Origin: Macrostomum hystrix
Lineage: Eukaryota; Animalia; Platyhelminthes
Direction of reading: 5' to 3'
Length of the DNA: 64,000 nt
Assembly (NCBI GenBank): GCA_950097015.1
Contig: CATNEN010000007.1
Coordinates: 9,362,001-9,426,000, forward strand
Position numbers and translations under genes: made by a program
Notes under the pieces: model-generated
What the model was told of the DNA's origin: nothing
What the model saw: the letters and a program-made list of their open reading frames with translations, nothing else
The model's database searches: none
Part shown: in pieces, positions 12,354 through 24,799 of the stretch
Position numbering within the stretch: the first letter of the stretch is position 1
Layout: every line of letters starts with the position of its first letter

Positions 12354-13743
12354 TGCCGTCTGTTTGTGTATTTGGCTTCGAAAATCAACAAGCACAACAG
12401 AGCGAACTTCTTTCGCTCTCTAAACTGACCGCCCGCTTGAATTATAAGCCTGTGAGCTTGTGCTTCGTGGGTCGGTTGGTTAGCCACAGACTGGCTATTA
12501 AAGTCATCTGGAAAGGAGTTTCACGGGTTAGAGATTGGTCCACCGAGCTCAAAGGTCTCGCTAGCTGCTTGGCATTGATAAGCAGTCAGATGGGCCTTTA
12601 ACAAACATTGACAATCTGCTGGAGTTAGTCTGACTCTGGACCCTGGAAGACATTCGCAGATCTGTCCACTCACACGTGGATTACGCGCGTGGATCTCGCC
12701 ACCTCAGGCCGCGGCCAGAATACAGGGTCCGCAGATTTCCCTGTTATCATCGAGCAATCGCGTGCACGCACTAAAGTTCAAGTGGCAACTCTCGGCTCTG
12801 TTGGAAATACTTTCTTGACGCAATGCCACTTAAATGCCACAAATAAAAGGACTTAATCAACTGATTACAACTTGTTACATACGCATATAGATCACAAAGA
12901 ACAGAAACGATGCCCTATTATCAAATAGATGCAAGCAACAATAAACAGTCCAGGGACTGTCATGTGCAGCTTTGGTTCAATTGTTTGAAGCATTTAGAAA
13001 CATAAAAAACATTCTATTGTTGATAGAAATTGCTATATTAGCCTATTCTGATTGTGCTTGTTCTAAAAATACAACATTGTTTTTAGCCAGTCCCTTTGAT
13101 AGGAGAAGAAACTGATGAGAAGAATTCTCAACAGGAGAAACTATATCTATTTTGCTCAAAGAGGTGTTAAATTGTTGATTCATAGATCATAAGGTTGAAA
13201 TGTCTGTTTAAAATATATTTAATATTATATATTAGAATATATAACATATATAAATATTTAAACTTACACTCAATACTTTAACATACCCCATGACCATGTA
13301 TGCTTACTAAGCTGAGATGATAGAATGCTTGTAAATACAAAGCTACTAAATAGCTAGAGGCCATGTATAGCTACTGGATTAATATTATGTACACTTGATA
13401 TCATATCCTAATAATATTCGCGAAGTTTAAATAGACTGATAATAAATTTAAATGTCCAACAATGAGAAATATATAGGTAAACATCATTACATATTAACTA
13501 TGTTACTTTAAACAAATTGTTGGACTGTTGGTAAAACAGAAAAGAAACAAAATTTAAAAGTAGGTAAAAAATAAAAGTTAGCACATATAAATATCTAGAC
13601 TTATGCATTTAGACCATAGGCCATTGTCAAGGCAGTCAACAGAATTATAGCCAAGTAAGTAGTGTAAATTTATATTTTTTAAATCAAACAATGTACATAG
13701 TAATTTTCAGACAAATTACTTCAGTCAAGTAAGGATAGAAGGT

Positions 13744-13748
13744 CAGAG

Positions 13749-13783
<35 letters not shown>
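13744..13783. repeat. (GA)n microsatellite
   Basis: Direct observation. Confidence 0.9.
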
Positions 13784-13786
<3 letters not shown>

Positions 13787-13854
13787 AGAAAGGAAGGAGA
13801 AAGATAGAGAATAAACAGTGCAGTAGCACACACTAATCTAAAACATGGTAAGTT

Positions 13855-14055
13855 GGTGGCTGGCAGCCCCATAGCTGGCTGGCAGCCCCATAGCTGGCTG
13901 GTAGCCCCATAGCTGGCTGGCAGCTCCATAGCTGGTTGGCAGCCCCATAGCTGGCTGGTAGCCCCATAGCTGGCTGGCAGCTCCATAGCTGGTTGGCAGC
14001 CCCATAGCTGGCTGGCAGCTCCATAGCTGGTTGGCAGCCCCATAGCTAGCTGGCA
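13855..14055. repeat. 19-nt minisatellite
   Basis: Unit GGCAGCCCCATAGCTGGCT. Confidence 0.9.
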
Positions 14056-14769
14056 GTTCAGGCTAGGATTCTGATCTTTGATGTACATAGCCTCTAAAAT
14101 GTTGGCACAAACCAATCACCTCGAATAATGAATAAATTGATAGGTTGCTATTGCAGCATGAATCACATCTGAGAAGGTACTCCTAGACAGCAGATCTTTT
14201 GGTCTAGTGCTCCCTAACCCTATTATACAAGTGTTGCTTAGTTTTTTCTGATATATGAAATACTCTGATCATCAGAGCAATGTAACTTCTATATGACACA
14301 TGTACTCAGAAGCCAAGGTACACTGGACTTCTGCTCAACTTCTAGGTGAGCTGTAGACACAATGGGACACTTTCTCCATACAAAACATAAAACAATACCT
14401 TTTTAATATGTTTTATCAGAGGGGTGCAATGGCAGGAGGCACAATGTAGGTGCAGTATGGCCTATGGCCATGGCATTTTGTCATAGGTTTGTGAAAAATG
14501 ATATATTTTTTGTAGGTGAGGGTTGGCAGACTAGTAACTTGTTTTACCTACTTGGTGAAGGTGTCTGGTGAATTTTGACCTTTGGCTGCAATAGGGAGGT
14601 ATAGGCCTACTACTAACCTCTGAGAGTCTAAGAGCTAGCTAGAATATTGCTATACATTTACAGTACTAGATTTGGATTCTAGAGCACAATTAAGTAATTT
14701 TCTAGTGTCTAGCACTTTTATTAGCCTAAAGTGTAATTATTGCCTCAGTTGTATCTGTATGTGTATGTA

Positions 14770-15968
14770 TGGATTCCATGCATTTCGGTGACAGGGCTTT
14801 TCGGTACAGTGCATTTCGGTACCAGTCAGTGCTTTTCGGTACCGCTGAATTATAGTAGTAGTTTTAGTGGTAGTAGTAGATATTTTGGCACAGGTAAACA
14901 ACCTGCTAAGCCAAAATGATACAATAATTTCGATTGATGCAATACTAGAAAAATGGAACGGTGCAAATGATAGTAGTGTCTCTAAAAATAAGCACAATAG
15001 GAACAAATAATGGGATCTGATCACGGAACAAAATTAGATTTGTTTTCCCACTTGATCGCTGTCTGCAACTATATTCGCAGTACCTGGTTGTCAGCAGACA
15101 GTTTCTAGACTGCAGCAGACGTCAGCGTATTCGGCCGGGCCATTCGTTCCAACAATTGACGTCGAAGGGTACCACCGACGATTGAATGCCATAGCTGGGC
15201 GCAGCACTCTACAGTTTTACATTCTGCTAAAACTGCTCTCCTCTGAAGCGAGCACGATACCAGGGCCCCCCTCGAGCTCGTCTCGAGGGGGGCCCTGCAA
15301 CGCAGGCAGCGCGTTGCTTACCGCACAATGCAGGCTAACATACATAATGCCTGGGGACAGTTTTCTGAGGGCCTTCTGACTGTCAACCAGCTGCTGGCTA
15401 CTTGCAGCCGCTTTGTCGGAAAATAACTGATACACGTCTGGCGGTTGCCTGGATCTTCTTAGTTCCAGATCTTGTCTGGATGTATTTTAGCAATGACCTT
15501 AACAGGTGCATCTATCCCTATCGTTTTATCGTTTTCTCTTTAGAACTTCGTCCACAGATATTGCTAATCAACTTGAATTTGACGCGTACAACTTTGTGCA
15601 ACTTTGTGCATGGACAATTGACAATTTAATTGGCATTGAGTGTTGTTACTAAACAGGAAAATCTTGTAACTGTATATGTACTGGAACGTTGCAGTACATT
15701 GTATTTCAGCAATGTCTTTGTCGTTCTCGTTAAAATATTAAAATATTCTCGTTAAAATATACCGTTAAAATACGTATTCACACAAATACAAACAGGGGAG
15801 CTAGGCCCCTAGTATAGTCTTTACTCTTTAATGCTTGACTATTTAAGGCACCGCTCGAAAAGCAGGTACCCAAATGCACTGTACCGAAAATTAAGTCACC
15901 GAAAAGCACTGACTGGTACCGAAATGCACTGTACCGAAAAGCCCTGTCACCGAAATGCCTGGCACCCG
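14770..15968. mobile_element. Non-autonomous DNA transposon / foldback element with ~70-bp TIRs containing sub-repeats
   Basis: The left arm GCATTTCGGTGACAGGGCTTTTCGGTACAGTGCATTTCGGTACCAGTCAGTGCTTTTCGGT is the reverse complement of about 15898-15958. TA dinucleotides flank both ends. No transposase ORF. Confidence 0.8.
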
Positions 15969-17934
15969 TATGTATCTGTATACACAGATTTAGCCTATCT
16001 ACAGCGACATCTGTATATAGTAATAAAAATGTAGTTCATTAGTGTAGTTGTTGTAGGTAGCAAGTAGGTAGCTACTTAAAGTTAGTCTACTTGTTGCATG
16101 TTGTTGGCAACATTTTCATCTTGGGCCTACCGGTGTCTTATGAAATATAAAGTCTTATTTAACAGGAATAAAGAGCCGCGATTATTTTTAGGATGCCTAT
16201 AAAATTTCTTGCCTTTGCCTAAGTAATATGTTTTGATTTAGGCCGAGCAATTCTTTAGTGATAAAGCCAAGTTAAAACAGACGTATGTTATATAAGTTTT
16301 ATACGCTTGACAAATATCACAAACGGTGTAACTAAACCACTAACGTCTGTTAATATTTACTTGAATAAATAAAGCTAGCAGGCTAATGCATCGAAAATTT
16401 TCGTGCTTTCAAAGAAACCAACATTTAAATTTGAAAAAAGACTGAGAACTTAGTAGGTACTGTGAAGCCTGGCCGTGCCCATAATGCCGGAACTTATAAC
16501 GAGCGTGGCCATGCTGTAATGTAGAAACTCTGCTTGATCCATTGCATTCGATGTAATAAAAATGATAGACAAAAGTAAATGTTAGATAAAAAATTTACCA
16601 TGGTGCACCTAATGGTATAAAAATCACAATACTATATATGTACGACGTCGACTGCCAAGCTATACCTGTCAATCAATTACAAAAAATGTGAAGAGATACA
16701 TGTATTTGTATTGTGGAATCTGGGTATACGAATACATTTGCAGGGCTGAAAGTTAGGACGAGCTGGTTACTAAAGTAATTTTTGCACATTTCCGTGAGAA
16801 ATAAACATTTGAAATGAACACATGAACTTCATTTCAATAATATAATCCCACCCTTAAGATCGCTTGGGAATAACTACCACGACTCGACATTATAGACAGT
16901 CTCCGTTTCCCTAATATGGAGTATTCAACTGCTTATCTACAGCAACCTGCCCCGTGTCAGCGTCTCTATATAATGTAAGTCGCAGCTTTTGGGTCATGCA
17001 GCCGAGCCCTTAAATGTATCGAATTAGAAAACAACATTCAAATGCACTCGTGATTTTTTATTGCAGGCAAATCTATGAAACGTAAATTTCGCGCCTGTTG
17101 GAGTAGAAGCAAGAGCAGCACCACTTCCTGAATCTGAACTGGTAGTTTTTTCTGAATAAAATACTGGCTAATGTAATTTATAAACTCGGTATTATATATT
17201 ACGTATTCTAAAAGTATTAAGTAAAACACGTAAATTACGTAAAGACTACAACACAGGCATGATAATACCAAGGACCACTACAGACCTGTACACTCTGTAC
17301 AGGTGTTAGAAGATCTTCTTCTAGTGGTCATTGGATAATACTTGAACTTAAATATACGCTATTAATTATGACGCGCATTGAAGTCTAGTCTATGGTACAA
17401 ACTCGCCCCATCTTCACTTCGTTCTGCCAGTTATGCTTGCCCCTTCTTTAAAGCTACACTCGTTGCCCTGCTTATTCACTCTTGAGATGGTTTGATTATT
17501 TGAAATGCTAAAATAACAAAGACTTGCAACCGGTTCTTCCTTCCCAAATACGAACTGACTCGTGTCAGATATCACAAATTACTTGCAAAAAAACTTTTGC
17601 AAGTTGCAAAAATGACATCTTCTTATTATTGATATATATTCTTGTGACTCAGCAAGACATCTATACATTGTGTCTCAAATGCAATAAATTTACGAGTACA
17701 TATTCTATAACGACCGCGTCGTCATATGAAAGTGTTCATTCATACCGCACTTAAAATATAACATATGCTTACATGAAAACATTCTTAAAATGCACTATGG
17801 TTTGCACGTGCCAGTTTACGTGTACATCTACTGAAAGAATAAGTCGGCGATGGCTGCAATACGTTAATGTACAACCGTCGGCTTCACAGAAATTGAAGTC
17901 TAGCAATGGTATTTTGATGTTAAACAAGTGATTG

Positions 17935-19201
17935 TTAAGCTGTAGCAGACCTCGACCGAAAAATCATGAGACCACAGCTTTCAGGATTGTTGCCTGGATT
18001 GCCTGATTTAGCGCACACTTCAAAGTAGACAGCAATGTACTCATTTGAGAGAGCCGTGATGCTTCGAGGAACTTTCACAGTGCCGCTTCTGCGGTCGACG
18101 AAGCTCGTGTCGTCGCGACTATGTAACCTAATAGTCAAACTGCAATTCTCAGCGCTCCCCTTGTTCGCTGCACGGCGGTTGCGCACTCGAAAAGCGTAAA
18201 TTGCGTGGTCCTTCTCGCTAATTCCAACGAGGGTCGCTCTGGACTGCTGACTGCCCGCCTGCGGCAGCGCCACCAATCCATCTAGCGTTGTAGGCCTGTA
18301 CTGCTTCTGCAGCTGCAGGATGGTAGTGAGGAGTCCACACTATGCAAGCGCTTTAAATTGTAAATTTGCGCCCACATTCATGCTGAAGGTTAACGATCAA
18401 CATTTTGTAATAATAACTACTTCTAATTCTGAAATCAAAATCGATTTTTTTATCGAGCCACACAAAGTGAAAGCAAAACACCTCTGTGTCTTTTACGCAC
18501 ACAGAAAACTAGACCCAGCTCACCGCTTCCAAAAGCTGCTCATACTTGCCGGTAAAAAGTTTTCTTGTCAGGGCCACTCTGGAAATCTTAATTGTGTGAC
18601 CGTCTTTCAGTCTGTAGCAGACACCGCACGGCTGCGCGTCCTCTATCAGCTGGCTGCCAATGAAGATGGAGTTGGCGAAGACACAGAGGCCGGCCGGAGT
18701 GATGGTGTAAGCAATCTCCAGCTTGCGGCTGCGATGGAACTCCATGTAGGGCATGCACAACACGCAGCACTTGTCAGTGTCGCTGATGAAGAAACTGTCG
18801 CTAGCGCTGTCGAAGGCGACCCCGCCGATGTTGCCACAGTCCAGCTTGGTGCGGTAGACAAGCTGGCCTGTGCAGTGCCGCACCATGCTCAGGAAACTGC
18901 CGTGGCAGCACAGCATCATATTGTACGGCGTGAACACGATATGCGTTGCCGGCACCTGCAAGTAGCGAAACACGTCGCTAAAGCCAACTCTGGTGGACTG
19001 GTTTCCGTCTACGGTGCCAGAGGGCAGGTTGCTTTGACGGAACCGAAGGCCCTCTTCTCCTGCGACCTCAACTAGCAGGTTGTACTTGGCGTCGAACGCG
19101 ATGGACGCACACTTTTGCATTGTTTGCTCGGAGACCTGGTGCAGCGAGTTTGGCGCCCCCAGTGTGAAGGCGCTGCTCGAGCCGCCGCCGCCAGTCGCCA
19201 T
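17935..19201 (-). CDS. Hypothetical ~351-aa NHL/beta-propeller-like protein (2 exons)
   Basis: Exons 19201-18524 and 18312-17935, joined by a phase-0 GT-AG intron. NHL-like blades GGVAFDSASDSFFISDTDK, PAGLCV, PRSITAL, ASIAFD. Confidence 0.7.
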
Positions 19202-19849
19202 GTCCAGTTTGTGGGTCAGTAGATTTGCGCTTGTGCAAGAAATATTGGTTACACAAAAGGCAATATACAAGGCAAAGGCAAAGCGAAAATAAATAGAAAA
19301 AGCCAAGAATTTGAGCTGAGGTCGAGCCATAGAAACCTTTGTGCGATTCCCGCAGCGAGTTCTCATTATCGTTCGAGATGGAAGAGAAGCAGATTTTTTG
19401 TTTATTTTATTTTCTAGCATGTTTACATGTTACATGTAGCGTTAAAGGCAAATAACATAGTTTACTAAAAATATATATTAATGCGGCAGTATTTAACTCG
19501 CTTCTGTGGCAAAAACACTGGGTTTTCGATGAACGAACGATTTCTCTTGGAGTGACCAATCTAGGTAATATAGAATCTGTGGCCACTGCAGCGCATGCGT
19601 TCTGCCACTTGGTGTTAAATTGAGTGCTCGCAGTGTTTATTTGGATGCAAAAAGAATATTAGCGGAGCACGACAGCTGTCTCCATCGGTGTTGTATGATT
19701 ATGGGCCACTGTACTAGACAGTTAAATCGTGCAACAATAATTCAGTCGAAGCGTGCAGCAATCAATCTTTGGAGCACGCTCAAAATGTCTATGGCCCAAA
19801 GTTAGGAAAGAGTTGTAGCAAGTATAGCAAGTGCAACAACAATCGACCT

Positions 19850-20845
19850 TCATGTATCCCCCACTTGCCCGCCAACATTGTCTATGTCGTAACGCGTTTC
19901 GTTTATTTGCCCTAGGGCAATAAATCATTTATTTCCCGCGCCCCCGCGCGAAACAGAACTTTTACCACAGACATAAGTCACACCCGTCTGGGGAAATAAA
20001 CAAAGAAAGTGCAAAACGAGAACGCTCGGAACCAAACACACCCTCCGTCCAGCAGTCATCTTCGATGGGCTTTGACACCGGGTCAGACTTCTTGAGCCCG
20101 ACGCCCTTGCCCTCAGCAGTTGATAGCTTCATAGCAGCGTCCAACGCTCTTCTGCACTCGGCAAACTCGACATTCGTCCAGAGGCACCAGTCCTTGCGAT
20201 GCACGTTGCGCATTTGGTATTGTAGCATTGAGAAGAAGTCCTTCAGGGTACCAGCCGAGTACCGTTCGTTCCGTTTTGTCCGGACCTCCAGGATAAACAA
20301 CTTCAGGAGAAAGTTCAGGTCCGTCTTGTCAAACTCATCCATGTCCTTGATAACCATGATGGATGGTCCACCATTCGTCGCCCATTCTTGCTTCTTAAAC
20401 GCGTGCCATTCATTGAAAGTAGACAGCATCCACTCGCATTTCTTTACGGTGTTCGGAGGGACCGTGCCGCCAATCATGGCCTCCGCCTCGGCCTCAGTCA
20501 AGCTTTCAAATCGAGGGCTAGACATATACAAGCGTCTGCTATTCTGTCCTGTTCTGTCTTTTTCGCATAAAGGCTGTCTTTTTTAGCGTCTACCCTCCTC
20601 TCGGATTTTGATTTTCACCATAGACTACAGACAGAGCGTAGCAAGAAACAGAATACTTAAAGTGCAATGAAAGTCGGCAGCCAAGTGGGGGATACATACC
20701 ATCTCTCCCACTTATTTCGGCTGTCTAGGGTGCAAAGGCACTCGGCGCGAATTTCATTGACCTCGGCTTCGCCTCGGTCAATAAATTTGCGCCTCGAGCC
20801 TTTACACCCTGGCAGCCGAAATAAGTGGGAAAGATTATACATTTA
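19850..20845 (-). mobile_element. Crypton-like (DUF3504 tyrosine-recombinase) element relic
   Basis: ORF 20531-19962 resembles the ZMYM/KCTD1/Crypton DUF3504 N-terminal region (PPNT..W...FNEW, LKLFILEVR....RYS..TL, F...R.ALDA.MK....G.G, W..GVFG). An upstream in-frame ATG at 20621 is interrupted by TAA. A 16-bp inverted repeat pairs 19852-19867 with 20682-20697, and a ~145-nt hairpin spans about 20697-20842. Confidence 0.75.
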
Positions 20846-21743
20846 TAAACAGCGAAATGTTCATTCATAATGTCCAAAATCCTGATGAAAACTCCGAAAC
20901 CGATTTCTCTAAAGCTTTCTCTGGGAATAATTCTCAGATTTTGAAACGTTAATTCGGGTTACGCATAAAATAAGTTTTCGTTAAACGTGTCTTTGGTGCG
21001 CCAGCAATTGTCCAGTGACCTCAAGTCTATTGTTTGAGCATCGCTAGTGAGATGTGCGTCGACTATAGTGGCAGGTACAATTACTCGCTAAGACGGCTTT
21101 ACCAGAACTGCCAGCGTGGAAGAGCTTTTGCATGTGTATTTTTGACACGAAACGCATCTGTGTTTCAATTCTAATTTTTAGCGATAAAATTTGAAGCTTG
21201 TCCGCATATGTATCGAGTTTTCGACAAGCAATATTGTTTTGTTGTTTTCACTTTAATGCAATGGAAATGTATTCGTATAGTGAAAAATTATCTTGTATTT
21301 ATTATATTCATCAGTTGAATACCTGATTTTTGCTTCAACTTCCAACTGTTGTCTTGACAACAGTTTTCTTGCAAAAAATTGGCTGCTAGTATTCTTTTAT
21401 AATTTTCGTTTTCGATAAAAACAAAAAGCACTGAAAATATGGCACCAAATTCCAATTGTGCGATGGCCTAGCAACAGTAGGCAACATTTACAATTAATCA
21501 GTTATTTTCCGTGCACGAGCCATCACATAACCATATTGAGACAGCAGCAATTAAAATACGTCTTTACAGGGCAAAGAAAACGAAACTATTTTGAAAATCT
21601 GATGACACATACAAATTTTTGTTTTAAGCAAATATTAAGCAAATATTATATTAAAAATCGTTAAAAAATTCGAACCGATTCTTGCACGTGTCTATCAGAA
21701 GTAAGGAGAAAACACGATTCCTACTTTACGCTTCATTGCTCCA

Positions 21744-23255
21744 TCAGCGGCGCTGAAAGACCAGACGGTGCTCGCCGGGCTTGCGCAATATCCCCAGTGA
21801 TCCTTTCATAATCTCGGCCTCTCTGCCAGCGAACTCCGGGTCAAGAGAGACTCGGAAGCGCTGCATGATGGCGGCGAACATGAGGAACACTTCCATACGG
21901 GCCAGGCCTTCGCCAGCGCAAGCTCGACGACCAATTAAGAAGGGAACATTTTTGCCAGTGCCTGTAAACGCTCCCTTTTCGTCAAGGAAATGTTCAGGAT
22001 AAAATTCGTTCGGCTTAGACCAGATTCGAGCATCGTGGTTTGAGGAGTACACACTCGGCATGATAATTGTGTCCTTCGGGATACGGAATCCGTGGAAAAC
22101 GGCGTCACTTTTTGCGCGATGAAAGACGCCCAGGGCAGCAAGCGAAAGAAATCGATAGGCCTCCTCGATCACTGCACTCGTGAAGTGCAGCTTCGGCTTG
22201 TCTGATGTCTGAGTTCGTCTGTCCATGCCGACTTCGCGATCCAGCTCGCTCTGAACCTTCTTCTGGATCTCGGGGTGCACCGACATCAGAATGAAGAGCC
22301 ACTCTAGTGACCGCGCTGTCGTGTCCGTTCCAGCGAGAAAGAATTCAAGAACGACGCGCACAATTTGAAGCTCCCTGAATGATTCGAAGTCGCCTCGCTT
22401 CTCAGCCTTCCGCTTCTCAAGAATGTAAACATCGCAGAGACACTCGGGCTCCATCGAGTCGTCGACAATTATTTTCTCGCGAATCTGGATCTGTTCGCGA
22501 ATGAAGGCATGCAGTTTTAACATGAGATCAGTGAAGTAGTTTGTCGAAGGCATCAGCCGTACCAGCAGACTCATCCAAGGGAAAAACAAAGGAAGATTGA
22601 GAGTAATTGGTGTGTTAAAAAAAGTCTTTATTGTTTCGTTAAAGAACTGAAACTCCTTCTCTTCTTTCTTGAACCGCCGGTTCAACGTGAGCTGAGCGAT
22701 CACTCCGTTTGTGGCTTCGGTGAACGCGTCCAGAACTCGCAGGCTCTGCTTGTCCTCGATGGACTTCTCCAAGAGCTGGAAGATGATGTCGAGCTGCACG
22801 TCGACCATCTCGGCAGATCGCGTGCGAGCGAATCCGAAGTCTCTTAAACTCTTGAGAGCGAGCCGTCGCTGGCGACTCCACGATTCTCCCTCCGAGAGAA
22901 AGATCCCACAGCCCTCGATCAGACGTACAAGAAAAGGTGCTTGCGGTCGGCCGGTGAAGTTGTCATCGTTGAGCATCTCTTTGATCAGATCGTAGTTGCA
23001 AACTGCCACAATGAGCTCTGACCCCATTCGGAATGAGTAGATATCTCCGTACTTCTTCGACATTTGTTCAATGCTGAGGTGCATTTGTTCGGGATTCAGC
23101 CATGGGAATCGACCGACAATGGGCAATCCGACGGGTCCAGGAGGCAGGTCTCTCGACCGATACCACTGATAGGCTCCGTAGCAGCCGAGCAGGGCCACCG
23201 GGATTCCGATGCCGAGAGCAGTCTTGTTGTTCACTGAGGACAGTAGATTCGCCAT
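21744..23255 (-). CDS. Cytochrome P450, CYP2 clan, intronless, 503 aa
   Basis: N-terminal TM anchor, PPGP hinge, WSRQRR C-helix, AGTDTT I-helix, EAYR K-helix, PEHF, heme motif FLIGRRACAG. Confidence 0.96.
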   Translation of the reverse strand: MANLLSSVNNKTALGIGIPVALLGCYGAYQWYRSRDLPPGPVGLPIVGRFPWLNPEQMHLSIEQMSKKYGDIYSFRMGSELIVAVCNYDLIKEMLNDDNFTGRPQAPFLVRLIEGCGIFLSEGESWSRQRRLALKSLRDFGFARTRSAEMVDVQLDIIFQLLEKSIEDKQSLRVLDAFTEATNGVIAQLTLNRRFKKEEKEFQFFNETIKTFFNTPITLNLPLFFPWMSLLVRLMPSTNYFTDLMLKLHAFIREQIQIREKIIVDDSMEPECLCDVYILEKRKAEKRGDFESFRELQIVRVVLEFFLAGTDTTARSLEWLFILMSVHPEIQKKVQSELDREVGMDRRTQTSDKPKLHFTSAVIEEAYRFLSLAALGVFHRAKSDAVFHGFRIPKDTIIMPSVYSSNHDARIWSKPNEFYPEHFLDEKGAFTGTGKNVPFLIGRRACAGEGLARMEVFLMFAAIMQRFRVSLDPEFAGREAEIMKGSLGILRKPGEHRLVFQRR

Positions 23256-24799
23256 CGAATTGAATTTAGTCGAATCTGACTATTGTGGCGCGTGCGTTTG
23301 TTTCCTGTTTGCTGATTTCGATGCTGCTTTTCTTGTATCTAGCACCACCAGTTATATAGCGCACATTTTATATAAAAATGTTCTGGTTGAGAGAGGCGCG
23401 CTAGGATTGGAGTTGTGCTTGCTGCGTGCATTTGCCAGTAGCCTCGAGTGCAGCTCTCCTGCTTGCTATCTATTGTAGTTGCCCTCTCTTCTCGGCCTTA
23501 TTTCTGGTCTCCTTTCTTTTTCGATTAGAAGCGCTGACTTGAAATGCTGAGAGCACCTGCCGACTGGTCAAAGCAATCTTGAGGCAGACTCAATTTATTG
23601 TCACGAGGGGCTAAAAGTTGGTTGCCAGGTACTCTGAATATCGATTTGCGTGATTGGTCGAATTTCCCGAACCTTCTTTAGTGCAGAGTCCAGAGTCCTT
23701 TGCCATGCGTCTCTGACCTAGGAGGCAACGACCGGTCATTGTCGAGGAAGACTATGAGTAGTTTTTGCTTTTTGAATTCCTTCGTGCAACAAATAAAATT
23801 GAGACCGACTAAAAGACATGGTTTTTTAATTAGCTTTGTCGATCAATATTGATAAAAATTATCAGCTGCTGTCCTATCTATATGCCACTTGTGAAAGTGT
23901 TCTTGTGGTTCCAGGAAATATTGCACTGCCAAGTTTCAAAGGCTTTACTGCATTCTTGGTTCCTGGCTAAACTGAATAATTGCCGTGCTTTTGGCTCAAT
24001 ATTTCAGCAAAAATATTGGGATTGGGGCCTTTTTGTGAGGCTGTGGACGAGCTGCCAGCAGTGCTGCTCATAGTTGAGTAGAGCCACCACTGTTAAAAGT
24101 AATTGATTTTCTTCCTGATGCATTATTGCCAGATTGTGATTTAGAAATACTTCGTACCATAGTCTCTATCAATGAAAGACAATTCTCTATGTCTTAAGCA
24201 GATAATGCAACAGTCGTAGATAAAGTAGCAGATAAGTCGTAGATAAAGTAGCAGATAATGCTGGGCTCTGGTTATGTAAGACGACTCAAATGAAAATCAA
24301 GCCTTCGCATGCTAATAGTTGTAACTTGCCAACGTTGACCTTCTCATGCAGCTTGACTCGAAAACCCCAAGGCTTACTGAGACCAGACAGCGGACGGCTG
24401 ATGTTTACTCAATTCTAAGATAAGCAAATCGAGTGCATTTTCTGTGGCTAGCATCTGGCCGTACACCTATGCACGACAGGCCCAAATTATGCTCATCGTT
24501 TTAGCTGCGTGGCGGCCGCAGAAGAGATAAAAATAAAACTGCAGTTTGGGTTTTGCTTGTCTCAGCTTGACACGAGGCCAGGCTGGCTCTGCCTGTGTCT
24601 AATCTGCCAGAGTGGCACCGGAGTGGGGTTGTCGAGTGTGTTTTGAAACTCTGCACCTTACACCACAGAACACCACAGAACTTAAGGTAAGTTCTGTGCC
24701 TTACACTAGTAAATAGTAAAAATAGTGTTCATAGAAAAAAGCCGTAATCAATCAGGTATGACTACTACGGCTACTCAATCAGCTACTACGAGCGTACGT

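Noticed and set aside
18320-19075. 251-aa plus-strand ORF
   Set aside because: Antisense shadow of the GC-rich minus-strand exon, with no motifs and no splice support.
19202-19420. N-terminal extension (with TM-like stretch) of ORF 18509-19420
   Set aside because: AT-rich, low-coding-quality sequence. ATG 19201, at the compositional shift, is the likelier start.
20881-20910. CTGATGA..CGAAAC hammerhead-like core
   Set aside because: Stems II and III and the cleavage triplet cannot be formed.
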